DNA of 64,000 nucleotides from an uncultured Nitrospiraceae bacterium (GTDB lineage Bacteria; Nitrospirota; Nitrospiria; Nitrospirales; Nitrospiraceae): NCBI GenBank assembly GCA_963730935.1, contig CAVSTP010000002.1:64001-128000 (forward strand), read 5' to 3'. The position numbers were made by a program, and so were the translations under genes. Shown here one piece after another: positions 1 to 12,952 of the stretch. Under the pieces are notes generated by a model. That model had not been told where the DNA came from. It searched no databases and saw only the letters and a list, made by a program, of their open reading frames with translations. Position 1 is the stretch's first letter. Every line of letters begins with the position of its first letter.

Positions 1-493
1 CCATGAACATCTCGGAGACGCTTTTGAAGTCGCCGAAGACCGCCTTCCACACGCCTTCACGCACATCGATTTTCTGCGGGCAGGCTTCCGTGCAGGCGTT
101 GCAATTCCGGCAGAGCGGTGTCTCCGGGTAAAGATTGAAGAGGTCCTGTTTGGGGTCCTGGAGCTTTTGAATGTCGTAGGTCGCCTTGCGCGCCGGGAAG
201 GGCGGCATCATCGTGAACGACATGCCGTCCTGCACCGCCATTTGACAGGCCAAACAGGTACGGACTTTCGGATCGTCTTTTGTGCGGTAGTAGGTCGCAC
301 AGGCACCGCAGAAACCGCCCAGACAGCCAACGCCCCGCACGACCTCTTGGCCGGCGTACCACATGGCCTTGATGACGGTGATCCCCTCCGGCACTTCCAC
401 CTTCTTGCCGGAAATCTCGATCGTCACCATGCGAGGCTTCAAGACCTCGGGTTGGTCGATGATGTTTTGGCTGTCCGTTGTTTCTGTGGCCAT
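1..493 (-). CDS. frdB: Fumarate reductase/succinate dehydrogenase iron-sulfur subunit (3' end beyond window edge)
   Basis: Not in the ORF track. Manual translation from ATG at 493: MATETTDSQNIIDQPEVLKPRMVTIEISGKKVEVPEG...GCLGGFCGAC...RTCLAC (2Fe-2S)...CRNCNACTEACP (4Fe-4S). Lies downstream of icd in the rTCA cluster. Confidence 0.75.
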   Translation of the reverse strand, partial: MATETTDSQNIIDQPEVLKPRMVTIEISGKKVEVPEGITVIKAMWYAGQEVVRGVGCLGGFCGACATYYRTKDDPKVRTCLACQMAVQDGMSFTMMPPFPARKATYDIQKLQDPKQDLFNLYPETPLCRNCNACTEACPQKIDVREGVWKAVFGDFKSVSEMFM

Positions 494-510
494 CGGCTTC
501 CTGTGGAAAC

Positions 511-544
511 GTGATGAGTGATCGCAACCGCGATCACTCATCAC
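511..544. other. Perfect 15-bp intergenic hairpin
   Basis: GTGATGAGTGATCGC-AACC-GCGATCACTCATCAC between icd and frdB; no U-tract. Confidence 0.8.
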
Positions 545-555
545 TCGTCATGGTG

Positions 556-5054
<4,499 letters not shown>

Positions 5055-5091
5055 GATGACGTCCTCAATGTGGAGTTAGGAATTGACCATC

Positions 5092-6912
5092 TTACTTCAG
5101 CGGCGGCACTTCTCTTCGTTTGGGCGCCGCATAGTTGACCAGATAATCGAACAACCGGATCAGCCGGCTGTCCTGGCGCTTCTGATCGACCCAATGGCCG
5201 ATCAATCCGATCGTCCGGGACAGAATGAAGAACCCGTTGAGACTGTCTACGGGGAAGCCCAGATCGACCAGGACGGCCGCCATGGTGCCGTCCACGTTCA
5301 GAATCAGGTTGTCCTTTTTTACCGCCGTGACCTGCTCCACTTGCAACGCGAAGTCGAGACAGGGCGTCTTGATATTGAGGCTCTTCACGTAGCCGACCAG
5401 CTCTTTGACGCGCTTGTCCGGATTGCGGAGGCTCTTGACGCGATGGCCGATGCCGGGGACGGGGCCCACGTTCTTCTTCATGTAAGCAAGGAACTCATCC
5501 ACGTTCATCTTATTGTCGACCGCGTATTTGAACCAACGTCCGGCATCGGTGACGGCGCCGCCGAAACGGGGACCGATCATGATCAAGCCCGCCGCAACGG
5601 ACTGCGAGAGGCCGATACCGGCGCAGGCGGCGAGAATGGTGGCGTAGGCGCCGCTCACGCAGGGCCCGTGATCGGCCGAGAGCATCATGATGCGCTTGAT
5701 GATTTCCGCTTCCTGTTTCGAGATCAACCGCTTGTCCCACAGCAGACCGATGACGTGGGGGATTTCATACCCTTTATTGATGAGCTCGGAGGCCGGATAC
5801 CCGTCGTAACAGGGCTCGTCGCCACGATCGTCGCTGATGGTCGTTCGGATGAGCGGCGCGACCATGACTTCGTCCGCCTTCATCGCCTCCTCGATGGACT
5901 TCGGCAATTTCGGCAGCACCGTCGGCTCGACCGGTTCTTTGACCTGGCCGGACTTGAGCAACTCTTGATAGGTTTCTTTGATGGCCGGTCCGAGCGCCCC
6001 GAACGTCGGCGGCACGAGAGCGCCAGCTTTCTTGAGCGCATCCGACTTCGAGCGTGCCGAGCCTTCGCCTTTCATGCCTTCCTTCGCGCCGGCATGACCG
6101 AACTTCATGCCCTTCGGCAAGCTCTCCTGACAGAAACCGGACACGACGCCGATCAGTTTGATGCGGCGCTTTTTCGCTCCGTACCATTCGGCCGCCCGCT
6201 CCTCGAGATCGCCGCCCATTTCGCCGACAATGACGACGGCCTTGGTCTGCGGATCGTTTTCAAACATCTCGAGATAGCTCACGTAGTCCGTGCCGGGGTA
6301 GGCATCGCCGCCGATGCCGATCGCGGTGGTGATGCCGTCGGCAAACTGCGAGCAGATCCAGATGATCTCGTTGGAGAGACCGCCGGATTTGGTGATGACG
6401 CCGAACGATCCCTCACGATAGAGCTTGGACAGGACCAGATTGTCGAAGGCGCCGCCGATCACGCCCAGCCGGCAGGCCCCGGCCGAGATGATGCCGATGG
6501 AAGACGGGCCGTTGAACACTTTTCCGAGTTTCCGCGCGTGAGCCCCCAGCAGCTTGGCGTCCTTCTCGGGCACGCCTTCGGTAATCATGGAGACAACTTT
6601 GATGTGCGGATCGTCGAGCGCTTCCATGCCGCCCTTCATCGCACGGTCGGCGCCGATGTAGACCAGGGTCGTGTTGATCGTGGGATGATTCTTGGTGGCT
6701 TCAGCGACTGTTTTGTAAACGGGAATGGCAATGAGTCCACTGCCGTAGGGAATTTCGTTGGTTTTGCCGGCATCCGGCGGATAGACGAACGCTTCAACGT
6801 TGAGCGGCCGCTTGATCAGGTAGCAGAACTCTGCCATGCGCCGCGCGGCGTTCACGCCGGCTTGCCCGCCTTGAATGACGACGCGGGTGTCCTTGTTGGC
6901 CAGAATACTCAT
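5092..6912 (-). CDS. aclA: ATP-citrate lyase alpha subunit
   Basis: 606 aa; CoA-binding domain, FGHAGA phospho-His motif, citrate-synthase-like C-terminus (ADHGPCVSG, PGIGHRVKS, NVDG). Confidence 0.95.
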   Translation of the reverse strand: MSILANKDTRVVIQGGQAGVNAARRMAEFCYLIKRPLNVEAFVYPPDAGKTNEIPYGSGLIAIPVYKTVAEATKNHPTINTTLVYIGADRAMKGGMEALDDPHIKVVSMITEGVPEKDAKLLGAHARKLGKVFNGPSSIGIISAGACRLGVIGGAFDNLVLSKLYREGSFGVITKSGGLSNEIIWICSQFADGITTAIGIGGDAYPGTDYVSYLEMFENDPQTKAVVIVGEMGGDLEERAAEWYGAKKRRIKLIGVVSGFCQESLPKGMKFGHAGAKEGMKGEGSARSKSDALKKAGALVPPTFGALGPAIKETYQELLKSGQVKEPVEPTVLPKLPKSIEEAMKADEVMVAPLIRTTISDDRGDEPCYDGYPASELINKGYEIPHVIGLLWDKRLISKQEAEIIKRIMMLSADHGPCVSGAYATILAACAGIGLSQSVAAGLIMIGPRFGGAVTDAGRWFKYAVDNKMNVDEFLAYMKKNVGPVPGIGHRVKSLRNPDKRVKELVGYVKSLNIKTPCLDFALQVEQVTAVKKDNLILNVDGTMAAVLVDLGFPVDSLNGFFILSRTIGLIGHWVDQKRQDSRLIRLFDYLVNYAAPKRREVPPLK

Positions 6913-6995
6913 CGAAATCTCCCTCTGTTCCTACGACGCTGAATATGAGACCGGGAGCGAACGAATCCCCCGGCCTGAGCCGTCCCTGCTCTTCG

Positions 6996-8195
6996 CTATT
7001 GCTTGTGAAGCGCCTTGTCGACGATGTCCGTCAGCGGGGTGTTGCGGTCGAAGACGTTTATGTCGAACCCTTCATCCTTCAGGGCGCGCATGGCGTCGAG
7101 GCCTTCCTTCTCGCGCGGCCCGCCGCGGCGCACCCATATCCGCACATTCTTGAGCTTGCCGTCCGCCTTCGCCTTGCGGAAGCCGTTGATGATCCCGCCA
7201 AAGGTCTTTTTCACATCGGTAAAATTCGCGATCGCCCCGCCGACGATAATGTTCCTGATTCCCGGCAAGGAGCAGACTTTCTCGGTCAACACTTCGACGG
7301 CCCAATCGGGGGGGTCGCCGGAGTATTCAGCATAATTGGCCAATTTGCCGCCGCGCGCGACAACCGCATCCGAGTAATACACGCTGGCGCCGCCTCCGGC
7401 CGGAAGCATCGCCGTGTCGCCGCCGGGAATCTCGATGAATTTCACCGAGCCCTTGATCTTGCTGTCGACAGTCATGACTTCCATTTCGTCTTTGCTGTAG
7501 GCCCGACCAAATTCGGCCGCAAATTGAAAATTCCAATCTGGATGGCGGAACTTCGCGTCGCCGTCGAGTAGCGTCACTGCATCGAGCGCCACCAGTTCGC
7601 CGTCGCTTTCCCGGGTGACTACGGGGTTCACTTCCAGATACTGCGCGTCTTCGTTGTCGAAGCAGGTAAACATTTTACCGGCAAAGTCGGCCATCTTCTT
7701 GACGAGCGGACCGGAAAAACCGGCGTCCTTGGCCAACTTCTCCAACGCCTCCGGCGCCGGTTGTTGGCCGACATCGAGACACAGGCGCTTGACGCGCTCC
7801 CAATTCGATTCGACTTCGATGCCTCCGCAATTGGCCACGAGAACTTCGCCGCCCTCGCGGGTGGATTTCACTGCGCAATAATACTCTTCCTTGTGCGGGA
7901 TCATTTCGGAGACGATGACTTGCGAGACGGTGATGCTGCCGACTTGACGGCCGATCATCTCTTTGGTGGCGGCAATGGCAGCATTCAAATCGAGGCCAAC
8001 CTTGACGAGACCGAGCTTGAACCGAGAACCGAGCGCCTCGTGAGCCTTGGCCACCAATTTCGAATGTTTCATCCAGTCATTGGCTTGACCGAGTTTGGAG
8101 AGTTCGTCTGCTGAGGTGACCACGACATAGTTGGGAACGTGGATGCCCCACTTCTTCATCAGTCCCATCCCGGGACCTTCCAGCACCTTAGCCAT
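6996..8195 (-). CDS. aclB: ATP-citrate lyase beta subunit
   Basis: 399 aa ATP-grasp; AGGGASVYYSD, LANYAEYSGDP, GGAIANFTDV, VRRGGP; directly upstream of aclA. Confidence 0.95.
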   Translation of the reverse strand: MAKVLEGPGMGLMKKWGIHVPNYVVVTSADELSKLGQANDWMKHSKLVAKAHEALGSRFKLGLVKVGLDLNAAIAATKEMIGRQVGSITVSQVIVSEMIPHKEEYYCAVKSTREGGEVLVANCGGIEVESNWERVKRLCLDVGQQPAPEALEKLAKDAGFSGPLVKKMADFAGKMFTCFDNEDAQYLEVNPVVTRESDGELVALDAVTLLDGDAKFRHPDWNFQFAAEFGRAYSKDEMEVMTVDSKIKGSVKFIEIPGGDTAMLPAGGGASVYYSDAVVARGGKLANYAEYSGDPPDWAVEVLTEKVCSLPGIRNIIVGGAIANFTDVKKTFGGIINGFRKAKADGKLKNVRIWVRRGGPREKEGLDAMRALKDEGFDINVFDRNTPLTDIVDKALHKQ

Positions 8196-8242
8196 GACAT
8201 CGCTCCTTGGGGTATTTGAAGAATCGCAGTAAAGGGAGCCGG

Positions 8243-8271
8243 ATTGTAGCGAAACCGCGGAGATGACTCAA
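8243..8271 (-). promoter_or_regulatory. Sigma70-type promoter for aclBA-acnA-icd
   Basis: TTGAGT-N17-TACAAT on the minus strand, about 47 bp upstream of aclB. Confidence 0.6.
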
Positions 8272-8398
8272 GACACCAGAGGTACTAAGCGATTAGGGAG
8301 CAAAAGGCCTAGGACTCACCCCTGAGCACACAAGTCGACCTAACACTGTGTATTTTCACGGCCTTGCCTAGGGATTTCCCTGGCTTTTTGACAAGGGT

Positions 8399-9238
8399 CT
8401 ACCGAGTCCGCGCTCGTGATTGGCAGGCGGGACAGAAAAATGAGCTGCGCTCGCTCTGCAGACGCCTGATGGTGTGGCCGCAGCGGTTGGGGCAGGGGGC
8501 CCCTTCTTTGCCGTAGACGAGGTGGCGACGCTTAAATTCCCCCTCGCTCCCATCAGGTGCAAAGAAATCTCGAACACTTGAGCCGCCACAAGCAATGGCT
8601 TCCTGAAGCACTTCTTTGGTCACATCGAAGAGGTCCTGGATTTTGGAAACGGAGAGGCGACTGGCTTTGGCGTTGGGGTGAAGGCGTGCGCGGAACAAGA
8701 TTTCGTTCGCATAAATGTTTCCGATCCCTGCGATCGCTTGTTGGTGCATGAGAAGTGGCTTCAGCCGGCCGGAGCGTCCCTTCACGATCCGGAGAAAGTC
8801 GTCCCAACTCACGGTCAAGGGATCGCAGCCGAAGCGGCGGGCGAGATAAGCATCCAGGCCCCGTTGATCGAGCAGCGACAGCCGCCCAAATCGCCTGGGA
8901 TTCCAATACCGCAACTCTGACTCCTGGGCGCCGGCAAACGTCATGCGCACATGAACGTGCTGAGGAAACCTCGGACGAGCGGAAGGGAACAAGAGCAGCC
9001 CAGTCATGCCAAGTTCAGCCATGATGTAACGGGTCTGCCCCTGCCTTTCAAAAGCCATGGCCACGCTCTTCCCAAACCGCTCCGCCGACTGGAGGACGGA
9101 GCCCGCATACCAAGTCCGTTCGGCAAAGCCTTCACGGACGATATCGGTCCGACCGATCCAGGTATCCGTCAACGTCGCTCCGGACAAACGAGCGCGGATT
9201 TGTCGGGCGACCACTTCGGCTTCGGGAAGTTCTGGCAT
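8399..9238 (-). CDS. mutM: Formamidopyrimidine-DNA glycosylase
   Basis: N-terminal MPELPE, LGMTG, GIGNIYANE (H2TH), C-terminal zinc finger. Confidence 0.93.
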   Translation of the reverse strand: MPELPEAEVVARQIRARLSGATLTDTWIGRTDIVREGFAERTWYAGSVLQSAERFGKSVAMAFERQGQTRYIMAELGMTGLLLFPSARPRFPQHVHVRMTFAGAQESELRYWNPRRFGRLSLLDQRGLDAYLARRFGCDPLTVSWDDFLRIVKGRSGRLKPLLMHQQAIAGIGNIYANEILFRARLHPNAKASRLSVSKIQDLFDVTKEVLQEAIACGGSSVRDFFAPDGSEGEFKRRHLVYGKEGAPCPNRCGHTIRRLQSERSSFFCPACQSRARTR

Positions 9239-9290
9239 GGGTTGAATTAGGCCATTCCCGCCTGGGAAAAGGCAATGGGCCTAGAGCCAG

Positions 9291-9707
9291 CTAGCTCTGA
9301 GGGGCTTGGCGAAGTTGTTGGACCTGTTTGATCGTATCTTGGATATTCGGCAATGGACAGGCGGCGGGCCGGCGAGTCATGATTAATTGAAGGACGTCAG
9401 GATAGGCCATGCTGTGCACACAACACAGATAGGCCATGACGACCGACACGGAACGGCCCATCCCTGCGCGGCAGCACACGAGCACCCGATTGTCCGGATG
9501 GTGGCGGGCGATCCACTCGATCGCCTGATTCAAAGAGGTCGGCTTGGCTTCGCCGAACTCTTTGAACGGGATTCTTTCGTAGATCACTCCTGCGGGCGGG
9601 TGAGGGGTGAATTCCTCTGCAACCAGCAGCACGGCGCTGATGTTGGCCGGAGGCTTTTCGGCCTCATAGATATTTCCCACAAAGAGGGTATCCATAATCT
9701 GATACAT
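9291..9707 (-). CDS. Dual-specificity protein phosphatase family protein
   Basis: LFVGN start and VLVCCRAGMGRSVSVVMAYL (CX5R P-loop). Confidence 0.85.
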   Translation of the reverse strand: MYQIMDTLFVGNIYEAEKPPANISAVLLVAEEFTPHPPAGVIYERIPFKEFGEAKPTSLNQAIEWIARHHPDNRVLVCCRAGMGRSVSVVMAYLCCVHSMAYPDVLQLIMTRRPAACPLPNIQDTIKQVQQLRQAPQS

Positions 9708-9817
9708 GGAGCCAGTATTGGAGAGGATTGCGTGGAGGTCAAGCAGAAAGGTGCAGGAGCATCGCTTGCAGTCCAGATTTGCCCAACGCTATACTCCGCC
9801 AGGGAGGAGAAAAGCTG

Positions 9818-10177
9818 ATGCCGGGACCGTCGGTTCAAGAGGTCGAACAGAGGCTGGGCGCCGTGAAATGCGCCATCTGCAAGGGCTCCAGCTTCGGCAT
9901 TGATCAGCGGTTCATGCAGGCGGACGGCGAATGGCGGGGTGTCTGTAAGAAATGCTTTTACAGCTTTCCCCTCTATACGGACATGGAGTTTTACCTCCGC
10001 ACCCAGCCGGATGTGCCCTATCGCCTGAAGGAAATCTCCTGTACCGCCTGTAATCACCGAGGCGTGAGCCTGGACTTCAGGGCGACGATGTCGGTACGCG
10101 AATCGATCTATTTCGTCACGTGCGGCGGCTGTAAGCGGCAGTTCGCCGAGAATTCTTCCCTAGAAGCCTTCGAATAG
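9818..10177 (+). CDS. Hypothetical zinc-ribbon protein with four CxxC motifs
   Basis: ATG at 9818 after GGAGG; CAIC, CKKC, CTAC, CGGC. Confidence 0.75.
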   Translation: MPGPSVQEVEQRLGAVKCAICKGSSFGIDQRFMQADGEWRGVCKKCFYSFPLYTDMEFYLRTQPDVPYRLKEISCTACNHRGVSLDFRATMSVRESIYFVTCGGCKRQFAENSSLEAFE

Positions 10178-10215
10178 CTCGCTTTTTCTCTTCACTATTG
10201 GTGTATACTTTAACC

Positions 10216-10398
10216 ATGAGTGAGAATCCCAAACAGCCGAAACCATCCGAAGAGCCGGAGCAGCCCAAAGCCCGCAAAGAGATCCCGCTCATCTCTGTGC
10301 CGAACGATCGAGACATGATCGCCGAAGAGATGGAAGAACTCTTTGAAGAAGACAAAGTCTCCCATCAACACGGGTCAGCCGAACCGGAAGCGGATTAG
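10216..10398 (+). CDS. Small acidic hypothetical protein (60 aa)
   Basis: MSENPKQPKPSEEPEQP...; TATACT just upstream; fits gene spacing. Confidence 0.55.
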   Translation: MSENPKQPKPSEEPEQPKARKEIPLISVPNDRDMIAEEMEELFEEDKVSHQHGSAEPEAD

Positions 10399-10444
10399 CT
10401 TCTCCTCATCAGTCGGCAACCTTTATCTTCTTAGTCTTGATGGC

Positions 10445-10678
10445 TAAGCGCTGAGCGGTCCTGCCCTGCTCAACGCTTCGGCTCGACCACACTTAGCCTC
10501 AGGGGTCAAGGCCCGCGTCTCGGCGCGGGCTAGGGTGGGTGGGTGAGATAGTGTCCGCTCGCCGTCGCAAACTCGTTCAGGTCCAGCTGCGCTCGACTTG
10601 AACTCAAACATGCGCCGCCGTCCTCGTTTCTCGGACCGCACCCTTTCGACAATCGCGGAGCTCTCGGCAAGCCGCAGC
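10445..10678. repeat. Intergenic palindrome/G-rich element (possible dispersed repeat remnant)
   Basis: GCCCGCG-TCTCGG-CGCGGGC hairpin (10511-10530) followed by GGGTGGGTGGGTG; no convincing ORF. Confidence 0.4.
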
Positions 10679-11356
10679 TCAGCTTTGGCCGCCTAGGCCC
10701 TCCTTCTCGACCAGACGCCCGATCTTTCCAGCGAGATCGCGGGCGAGGTGCTGCTGCATGACGGCTCGCGTCTCGGGATTGGCGCTGAGATACTTCTGCA
10801 ATGTCCCAATCTGCCAACGCATGGCGCGCAGGGGCTCCACTGTCACCGCCTCCACGTCGGACGGGATGCCGTTAAGGATGAGAGCGGAGCCCACGATGTC
10901 ACCAGGGTTCAAGTCCCCGAGCACGCGGCCATCTTTCGACAACCGCACTTTGCCACGCGTGATGAGCGAAATGGCGTCGGGAAGCTTGCCTCTTTCGATT
11001 AGGCGCTCTCCAATTTCCGCCGAGATCCAGGATCCTATGCTCAGCACCTGCAAGACTTTCCGAGGAGGTAATCCGTGAAAGGCAAGTCGGCTAATGTCCT
11101 CCTCCTCGGCCGTCAGTTTGACTGGACGACGCTCGATGAACAGCAACCACGATTGAAAGAGATTGATCGCCGCAAAGACAACGCTCCAAGCAAGCGGTGC
11201 CCACAACACAGTGGGCTGGAGCACATAAAAAGGGATGGCGATCAGGGAAGCCGACACCGCGAACAAGCGCAACCACAGCACGTCTCGAACGCTGTACGCA
11301 ATCAATAGGAGGATGTTTGCGACGTGTATGAAATAATCAGGGGTGATGAAGCTCAT
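10679..11356 (-). CDS. Popeye-domain / cyclic-nucleotide-binding membrane protein
   Basis: Start MSFITPDY; three hydrophobic segments (HVANILLLIAYSVRDVLWLRLF...WSVVFAAINL) followed by a cNMP-like beta-roll (LIERG...LITRGKV...LNPGDIVG). Confidence 0.75.
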   Translation of the reverse strand: MSFITPDYFIHVANILLLIAYSVRDVLWLRLFAVSASLIAIPFYVLQPTVLWAPLAWSVVFAAINLFQSWLLFIERRPVKLTAEEEDISRLAFHGLPPRKVLQVLSIGSWISAEIGERLIERGKLPDAISLITRGKVRLSKDGRVLGDLNPGDIVGSALILNGIPSDVEAVTVEPLRAMRWQIGTLQKYLSANPETRAVMQQHLARDLAGKIGRLVEKEGLGGQS

Positions 11357-11375
11357 AATTCTCCGTGGACAGTGT

Positions 11376-12584
11376 TCATAGGGAACGCACGATGCGGACC
11401 GCCGAACGGTCGGGAATTCTTCCCAGCGAAGCCCCATCCTTGCGCGTGATATGTTCAATCCGCACGATGGTCCCCCGCTGACATTCATCCCACGCTGAGT
11501 TCATGTCAGTTTCTGCGCGATCCAGTCTCCCCACCTCACATCGACCGAGTTCATTGCACAGCCAGGCTCTTGTATCGCCTTTCATTTTACGCAATTCGCT
11601 GACCATCCGGAACGTTTCTGGGCTTCGTTGAGCGATCGTCCGACCGTCGGTTCTCAGAAGAAGATAGGAAAATTTGAGCGCGTCTTTGATAAAGCCGACT
11701 TGGCGATCGATCTGCTGGATCCAGGAAGGGGCTTCCCAAGCGCGCTCCTCATGACACCAATCGTTCGGGTCGAGCAAAGCTGGGCAATTCCTCTCGTGAA
11801 GACAGGGACTGTAGACCGTGCACCGATTTTCCTGAAGCAAGTGATCACGCACCTGATGCAACGACCGGGAAGTCTCGCGTAAGGCGGGCTCCAGGATCAT
11901 CAGGGTTCCGTGCGGCGTGAGCAATCTAAGCCAATCCTCCGCTAGACCGCTTCGCTCCTTGATCGCATCCTGTGTCTTTCTGAACAACTCGTTGAGGCAG
12001 TTCGCGACAATAATCAGATCGTACGGCCCTTCTCGAACCACGTCCTCGTGCCAGCGGTTGGTCCTCGGGCGTGAGAGGTTCCCCTCACGAAGGATCAGGC
12101 TCGCCTCACCCATGCCAATCCGGTGTGAGTAGCTGCTCCAAAGCAATCGCGCCTGGCGCAAGGCCTCTGGTGAGGCATCCACTGCGACAACAGTCAGGTG
12201 CTTGAGTGAACCTGGATCATGTTGGTTCAGCCAATCGAGAACGGCCATAGCCCCTGTACCTGGTCCGGTTCCGAGATCCAACACCTTGAGCGGGCGGTCC
12301 GCATGAGTTGTTTGCCAATCCTCGGGCAACTCATCGAGCAGCATTTGGATCTTGGACAGATTGACGGGGAAAAAGTAGCTGAGATAGGCCGCTGCCAGAC
12401 CCGAATTTTTGAAGTAGTCTGTGCCTAGTGCGTCGCGCTCTTTTGTGAACAGGTGCGAGAGTTCGGCGACCGCCAGGGTCTTCCGGGTGAGTCCGGGATC
12501 AGCCTGCTCCGCTTCGATCTCTGCAAGAATTCGAGTCAGCAGAGGTGAGAGCCCGACCGACTCCTTGCTTTCGAAAGGCATCAT
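11376..12584 (-). CDS. Rsm22/METTL17-like SAM-dependent methyltransferase
   Basis: AAYLSYFFP, VLDLGTGPGTG (SAM motif I), ILEP, PCLHERNCP...WCH, KFSYL motifs typical of the Rsm22 family. Confidence 0.8.
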   Translation of the reverse strand: MMPFESKESVGLSPLLTRILAEIEAEQADPGLTRKTLAVAELSHLFTKERDALGTDYFKNSGLAAAYLSYFFPVNLSKIQMLLDELPEDWQTTHADRPLKVLDLGTGPGTGAMAVLDWLNQHDPGSLKHLTVVAVDASPEALRQARLLWSSYSHRIGMGEASLILREGNLSRPRTNRWHEDVVREGPYDLIIVANCLNELFRKTQDAIKERSGLAEDWLRLLTPHGTLMILEPALRETSRSLHQVRDHLLQENRCTVYSPCLHERNCPALLDPNDWCHEERAWEAPSWIQQIDRQVGFIKDALKFSYLLLRTDGRTIAQRSPETFRMVSELRKMKGDTRAWLCNELGRCEVGRLDRAETDMNSAWDECQRGTIVRIEHITRKDGASLGRIPDRSAVRIVRSL

Positions 12585-12621
12585 GCCCTAGTGTATGCTG
12601 ACGTTCGCAAGGAGGACAACC

Positions 12622-12870
12622 ATGACAGACGCCATCATGCAAGCTTACAAGGAAGTCGAAACCGCCGTCGAGCGTTATACGAAGTTGCTGCAGGACCACG
12701 TCCTCGTGCTTCAAAACACCGAAAAGCCCGGTTCAGATCAGCTCGTGCGCATGACCCAAGGATCGAAAGCCATGCGGGACAGCGCGATGATCTATCTGTC
12801 CTATGCCAAGTACGTGGCCTACGGCATGCCGGCCAGCGAGGAGATGGTGGAAGACGAAATTCAGGGATAA
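12622..12870 (+). CDS. Hypothetical helical protein (82 aa)
   Basis: Strong SD AAGGAGG before ATG 12622; followed by a terminator hairpin. Confidence 0.75.
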   Translation: MTDAIMQAYKEVETAVERYTKLLQDHVLVLQNTEKPGSDQLVRMTQGSKAMRDSAMIYLSYAKYVAYGMPASEEMVEDEIQG

Positions 12871-12897
12871 CCCGGTTTTGCCAGACGAGACAATGAA

Positions 12898-12932
12898 AAG
12901 AGCCCGTCAGGATCGCATCCTGACGGGCTCTT
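12898..12932. terminator. Likely bidirectional intrinsic terminator
   Basis: AAGAGCCCGTCAGGAT-CGC-ATCCTGACGGGCTCTT 16-bp stem, flanked by A-rich and T-rich runs, between convergent genes. Confidence 0.85.
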
Positions 12933-12952
12933 CGTTTTCCAGCACGAGCGGT

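Noticed and set aside
5083..6942. 619-aa antisense ORF over aclA (similarly 35995-37791, 53984-55051, 59389-60513)
   Set aside because: Shadow ORFs expected from GC-rich codon bias opposite well-conserved genes; no motifs.
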